Shown here: positions 59,772-64,000 of the stretch, piece by piece | Numbering within the stretch: position 1 is the stretch's first letter | How the letters are laid out: each line of letters opens with the position of its first letter | NCBI GenBank assembly: GCA_965226555.1 | Contig: CBDDDG010000014.1 | Coordinates: 201,236-265,235, forward strand | From: Salinispira sp. | GTDB lineage: Bacteria; Spirochaetota; Spirochaetia; DSM-27196; Salinispiraceae | Length of the DNA stretch: 64,000 nt | Reading direction: 5' to 3' | Translations under genes and position numbers: made by a program | The notes under the pieces: generated by a model | Database searches by the model: none | Told to the model about the DNA's origin: nothing | What the model saw: only the letters and a program-made list of their open reading frames with translations

Positions 59772-61283
59772 ATGGAAAATGTTGTCTGTGTAATTGATGT
59801 CGGTTCAACAGCCCTTCGTATGGTGATATTGAAGGTGCGGAAAGATGGGGAATATGAGCGGCTTGACCGCTCCATCCGTCCGGTAACCCTCGGCAGAGAT
59901 ATATTCATTGAACGAAGAATTAGTCCGCAGAGCATGGTACAAATTATCCATATATTCACCAATTTCGCCGAGCTCATGGAGGCATGGGCCATTACCCCGG
60001 AACAGGCCTATGTTTTCGCGACCAGCACCATTCGCGAGGCCCGCAACCGCGACATCTTTGTTGACCGCATTGAAAAACAGACAAACTTCCACATGAAAAT
60101 TCTCGATGGCATTGAGGAAAATCATCTCACCTACATTGCCGTGAATCATGCGGTAAAAAACTTTCACCGCCCGCTGTCCCGTTCCAATTCCATTATTATG
60201 GAGGTCGGCGGAGGCACCACTGAAATGATGCTCATGGAAAATGGAAAAATGCGGATGGCGCATAATCTGCGAATGGGAACGCTGCGCCTCGAACAACAAT
60301 TTAAGTACCGCGATCCCACAAACATCTCTCTTGAGAATTTCATTCAGGAGCAGATGAGACCGAGTATTGCAAGTATACAGGCTGCCGGAAATCTCGGAGC
60401 CATTCAGCAGTTTATTATGGTTGGCGGCGATGCCCGCCTTGCCGCGCGCAGAATTGGTACGGAACAGGATGATCATTATGCGCTTATTGCGCGCAACGAT
60501 TTTTTCGATTGGGTCAATACCATGAAAAATATGAGCTCCGAAGAAATTGTCGGGAAGTTGGGGATCGGCTATAACGATGTTGATGGTCTGCTTCCTGCCC
60601 TGCTCATTTTTAAGGTATTTTTGGAAGAGACTTCGGCGGGAGAAATTATTGTCCCCGATGTCAGCATTCGGGAAGGCATTCTTCTCAAGAATGTGGTTGC
60701 GCAGAATTCGGAATTTGATCAGGATTTTACCGATCAGGTTATTGCCTTTGCGCTCAATCTGGCGCAGCATTATCATACCGATGCAAAACATATGCAGCGG
60801 GTGCGGGAGCTGAGCCTTACCGTGTATGACAAGATATGCAGTTTTCATGGGCTGGGAAACAGGGAACGTTTGTATTTGGAAGTGAGCGGCATTCTTCATG
60901 CTGTGGGATATTTTATTAACCAGTTTGAATATCATAAGCACAGCCAGTACATTGTCGCCAACTCCGAAATATTCGGACTCACCACGGAAGAAATTCAGCT
61001 TGTCGCCAATATCATACGCTATCAGGAAGAAGATTTTCCGACCAACAGTCATCCCATGTACGCGGCGCTGTCGCGCGGGCAGCGGCTTATAATAATGAAG
61101 CTTGCTGCCATTCTCCGGCTTGCGAATGCGCTGGCTCGGAATTTTTACAGCGAAGATACAACGATAGAAATGAAGGATTCCACGCTTTTTATTTCAGGAA
61201 ATTATGTTTTTCAGTCCGACAGATTGTCCCAGCAGATCAGTTTTTTTGAAGATGTTTTCGGATATAAGATTACTGCGCGCTGA
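59772..61283 (+). CDS. ppx: Ppx/GppA exopolyphosphatase
   Basis: IDVGS, ATSTIREARN, EVGGGTTE and REG motifs; HD-like C-terminal domain. Confidence 0.88.
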   Translation: MENVVCVIDVGSTALRMVILKVRKDGEYERLDRSIRPVTLGRDIFIERRISPQSMVQIIHIFTNFAELMEAWAITPEQAYVFATSTIREARNRDIFVDRIEKQTNFHMKILDGIEENHLTYIAVNHAVKNFHRPLSRSNSIIMEVGGGTTEMMLMENGKMRMAHNLRMGTLRLEQQFKYRDPTNISLENFIQEQMRPSIASIQAAGNLGAIQQFIMVGGDARLAARRIGTEQDDHYALIARNDFFDWVNTMKNMSSEEIVGKLGIGYNDVDGLLPALLIFKVFLEETSAGEIIVPDVSIREGILLKNVVAQNSEFDQDFTDQVIAFALNLAQHYHTDAKHMQRVRELSLTVYDKICSFHGLGNRERLYLEVSGILHAVGYFINQFEYHKHSQYIVANSEIFGLTTEEIQLVANIIRYQEEDFPTNSHPMYAALSRGQRLIIMKLAAILRLANALARNFYSEDTTIEMKDSTLFISGNYVFQSDRLSQQISFFEDVFGYKITAR

Positions 61284-62070
61284 TTATGGAATATCTCATA
61301 ATGTCCTTCGAAATGCCTGTACTATTGCCGAATCTGAAACTTCTTTTCTGTTAGTTAGTTTCAAACAAGCTGGTATAAAGAGCCATAAACTACGTATTTT
61401 TGAACAAATGCAAAAATCTTATGCCATATTTGAATGTAAAAGGGTTGGTGTAGAAGAAGGAGCAAAAAAGGGTCCACAGACTATAGAAAAGGCAAAACAA
61501 GGTGCGTATGTTGCTAGAACTGCATCTGCCTTACAAAAAATAAGAACCGACTCTGGTGAAAAAGTTGGGATAATATACAGAAATAACAATAAGCCATACA
61601 TAAAGCCCTATGTGGAACTTCTGGAGGAGATAATATATTCCGATGATATTCAGTTACTTCAAAAATTCATTCTAACAGTTGGAGTTGTCAGCAATCACGG
61701 AAATTGGTTTACTGCTGAGAATCACAATAAAGAATTAAAGGTTTTAGCAGAATCATATGATTGGCTTATATTTTTAACTGATAATGGACTTGCGCAGTTT
61801 ATTGACGATTTGTTACTCAATCCAAATCAAGAATACATAAAAATCCAAGAAGCATTTAAAAGTAGCTATTCAGCTGATAAAAAACGTAATGTTTTCACAA
61901 AAGTAAGAATGGATTTCGAAGCTGATAGACTACTATTAAAATATTTTTCCAATAAATTACGTTCCATTGAGAAATGGTTTAATGTCATAACACCCAAAAA
62001 GAGATCCATTGAAGAATTGAAAAAAGAACTTCAAGAATTACGCTCAAAGAATTGGGAGGAAATTCGATGA
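61283..62070 (+). pseudogene. Putative type II restriction endonuclease, 5'-truncated
   Basis: FECKRVGVEEG...GPQTIEKAKQGAY; AT-rich; no start codon or RBS; ATGA-coupled to an MTase. Confidence 0.55.
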
Positions 62071-62684
62071 GTGCGGGAAGAACGGTAAATTCACAAAGCC
62101 AATCGTGGGGAACTCCTCATAAATATGTCAATGCTATAAAGAGATTTTTTGGAGGCTCAATTTCCTTAGATCCCTGTTCAAATGAACATTCCATTGTTAA
62201 TGCTCAGATTGAGTTTATGTTGCCAAAACACGATGGCCTGCATGAAGAATGGGAGTACCCTACCATATATGTGAATCCTCCTTATGGAGCAGACAGAGAA
62301 AGAGGAACAACTATAAAGCATTGGTTAGTGAAGTGTGCGCTAACCCATAAGAAATATAATTCAGAAATATTAGCATTAGTTCCAGTAGCTACAAACACTA
62401 GCCATTGGAAACAAAATGTGTTCGGTATTGCCAGAGCTATTTGTTTTTTATATGACACAAGATTAAAGTTCCTTGAAAATGGGAATGGCGACGGTAAAGG
62501 AGCGCCCATGGCCTGTGCGATGATTTATTGGGGACAGCATTATGAATATTTTTATAATATTTTTGCGAATTATGGGGCTGTTGTAGATATATCCAATTTG
62601 ATAAATAAAGAAATTGGAGAAACGAGAAAACAGTACAATATATTTTATGAAATATATACCGGAGGTAGGGTTGGCGAATTATGA
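62067..62684 (+). CDS. Small N6-adenine DNA methyltransferase (phage Dam-like)
   Basis: WGTP, LDPCS and NPPY motifs. Confidence 0.85.
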   Translation: MSAGRTVNSQSQSWGTPHKYVNAIKRFFGGSISLDPCSNEHSIVNAQIEFMLPKHDGLHEEWEYPTIYVNPPYGADRERGTTIKHWLVKCALTHKKYNSEILALVPVATNTSHWKQNVFGIARAICFLYDTRLKFLENGNGDGKGAPMACAMIYWGQHYEYFYNIFANYGAVVDISNLINKEIGETRKQYNIFYEIYTGGRVGEL

Positions 62685-63353
62685 CCGGGCGAGGAGAACA
62701 TCGGTGAATATAAAATCTCCCCGTTCCACGGTTTCGCCAGTTTTCACTTTTATTGCTTCTCTGAAAAATGGCCCGTCATACACAAAACTGTGAAACTCAC
62801 CGTTCTCCCCGCAGGGATCGACTCCCGACGGAAGATCGGCAATAAACTGCCTGTCGTACTGCCTGCCCGCAAAACTCGTATCCAGTTTTCGGGAATCTAT
62901 GCAGGTAACAATTGCCTTGAGTCCTGCTTCAATCATACTATTTCCAAGTTCAGATGTGTTGCGCTGCCACAGCGGAAAAATGGCCTGCATGCCAACCTCC
63001 TTCATCTGCCGTTCCCGGTACTCGCGAATATCTTCCAGAAAAAGGTCGCCGAATATAAGCTGTGTAATGCCGCTGTCCCGAAGCCTCCGCAGTGTTTCTT
63101 TCATTACCTGTTCATACATGTCGTTTGAACTGCCGGCCTTCGGGAGCCATACCTTATGACAGGGCAGGTTCAGCATATGAGCCTGGCAGTCCAGAAGTTG
63201 TTCACGAACCCCGTGCATGGATATTCTTTCATAGGGGCGGGTCAGGGTTGTGAGTACGGCGGAAATTCCATACTGCTCATGCGTTTTATAATATGCCCAT
63301 GCGCTGTCCTTTCCCGATGACCAGGCAATTGCCGTCTGAGTAGCAGTACTCAT
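62679..63353 (-). CDS. PP-loop ATPase (diphthine-ammonia ligase/MJ0570 family)
   Basis: WSSGKDS, FGDLFL and DPCGENGEFH motifs. Confidence 0.88.
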   Translation of the reverse strand: MSTATQTAIAWSSGKDSAWAYYKTHEQYGISAVLTTLTRPYERISMHGVREQLLDCQAHMLNLPCHKVWLPKAGSSNDMYEQVMKETLRRLRDSGITQLIFGDLFLEDIREYRERQMKEVGMQAIFPLWQRNTSELGNSMIEAGLKAIVTCIDSRKLDTSFAGRQYDRQFIADLPSGVDPCGENGEFHSFVYDGPFFREAIKVKTGETVERGDFIFTDVLLARS

Positions 63354-64000
63354 GCGTTACTTTTCCGCCTGTCTGGGCGGGCTGTCTGCTCTGCCTGTCT
63401 GGTTTGGCGGGATGGGCGGAAGTGTCGGGCGAGGAGAAAGAGGAGGAGCAGGATGATAGTATCAACAAGAATAAACAGCGGTATAATTTCCAGAGAAAAG
63501 CGGCGGGCCAGTACACCGGCGAGGGAGGGAATGAGGCTTATGCCGAGGCCGGCGCAGGCAATCTGCATGCCGATGGTGTTGCTCTCATGGCGGGGGCCGA
63601 CACGGTTGATGGTGTCGGAGACCATGGCGGGAAAGATGGGGGCAATGGCAAAGGCGCTGACAGCGACTCCCGCAACGGTAAGCCCCGCCCCCCTGTTCAG
63701 CGCTACGAGAAAAATGCCGACTGAGGCGGCGGCAATGCTCAGCAAAATGACGGTGCCTGAACGGATTTTATGCGTATAGAAACCGGCAATCATTCTCCCC
63801 ACGGTGAAGAACCCCCAGTAGCCAGCGGTAATGAAGCCCGCAACGGCAGGATCAACCCCCCGCGATTCGGTGAGCAGGGAATATGACCACAGCCCCAGCC
63901 CCAGCTCAATGCCCGTATAGATAAAGAACATAAGCATGCTGAGTACGGCTGAGGGTTGGCGGAGGGTTTCGCGAAGAAGAGGAATGTCTTCGGCTACTTC
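63350..64000 (-). CDS. MFS transporter (partial; continues beyond the window)
   Basis: Multiple TM helices; YTGIE, GRM and APIFP motifs. Confidence 0.85.
   Translation of the reverse strand, partial: EVAEDIPLLRETLRQPSAVLSMLMFFIYTGIELGLGLWSYSLLTESRGVDPAVAGFITAGYWGFFTVGRMIAGFYTHKIRSGTVILLSIAAASVGIFLVALNRGAGLTVAGVAVSAFAIAPIFPAMVSDTINRVGPRHESNTIGMQIACAGLGISLIPSLAGVLARRFSLEIIPLFILVDTIILLLLFLLARHFRPSRQTRQAEQTARPDRRKSNA

Noticed and set aside
59805..61052. Long antisense ORFs (also 22077..23087, 51592..52491, 55973..56686, 15856..16461)
   Set aside because: Shadow frames of well-supported genes or of coding repeats

Overview
Bacterial chromosomal window. It is probably from a spirochaete, judged from the HrpA, PcnB and lipoprotein types; the FN3/DUF285 and WSDGTTMWV-repeat surface proteins suggest a host-associated lifestyle (inference). 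Housekeeping genes are hrpA, nagBA, hisS, pabB/pabC, pcnB, leuCD, an Fe3+ ABC transporter, a ROK kinase, ppx and an MFS transporter. Four accessory themes sit among them. (1) A 15.6-kb, largely translationally coupled defence operon: a two-MTase (NPPF+NPPY) type I R-M system whose interior carries a darT minigene remnant, darG, an Mrr-like remnant, PtuA-HNH-PtuA', a CmdTAC-like toxin-antitoxin-chaperone triad and an AlbA_2/Schlafen protein. (2) At least four Rpn (PD-(D/E)XK) genes plus many fragments; all four keep an intragenic RBS/ATG for the small C-terminal protein, and they sit in a recurring cassette downstream of DUF285 surface-lipoprotein genes. (3) Two families of modular palindromic repeats that fill intergenic regions and insert into genes. 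(4) Three IS elements, a MITE and two type II R-M loci with broken endonucleases. No rRNA, tRNA, CRISPR array or reverse transcriptase was seen.
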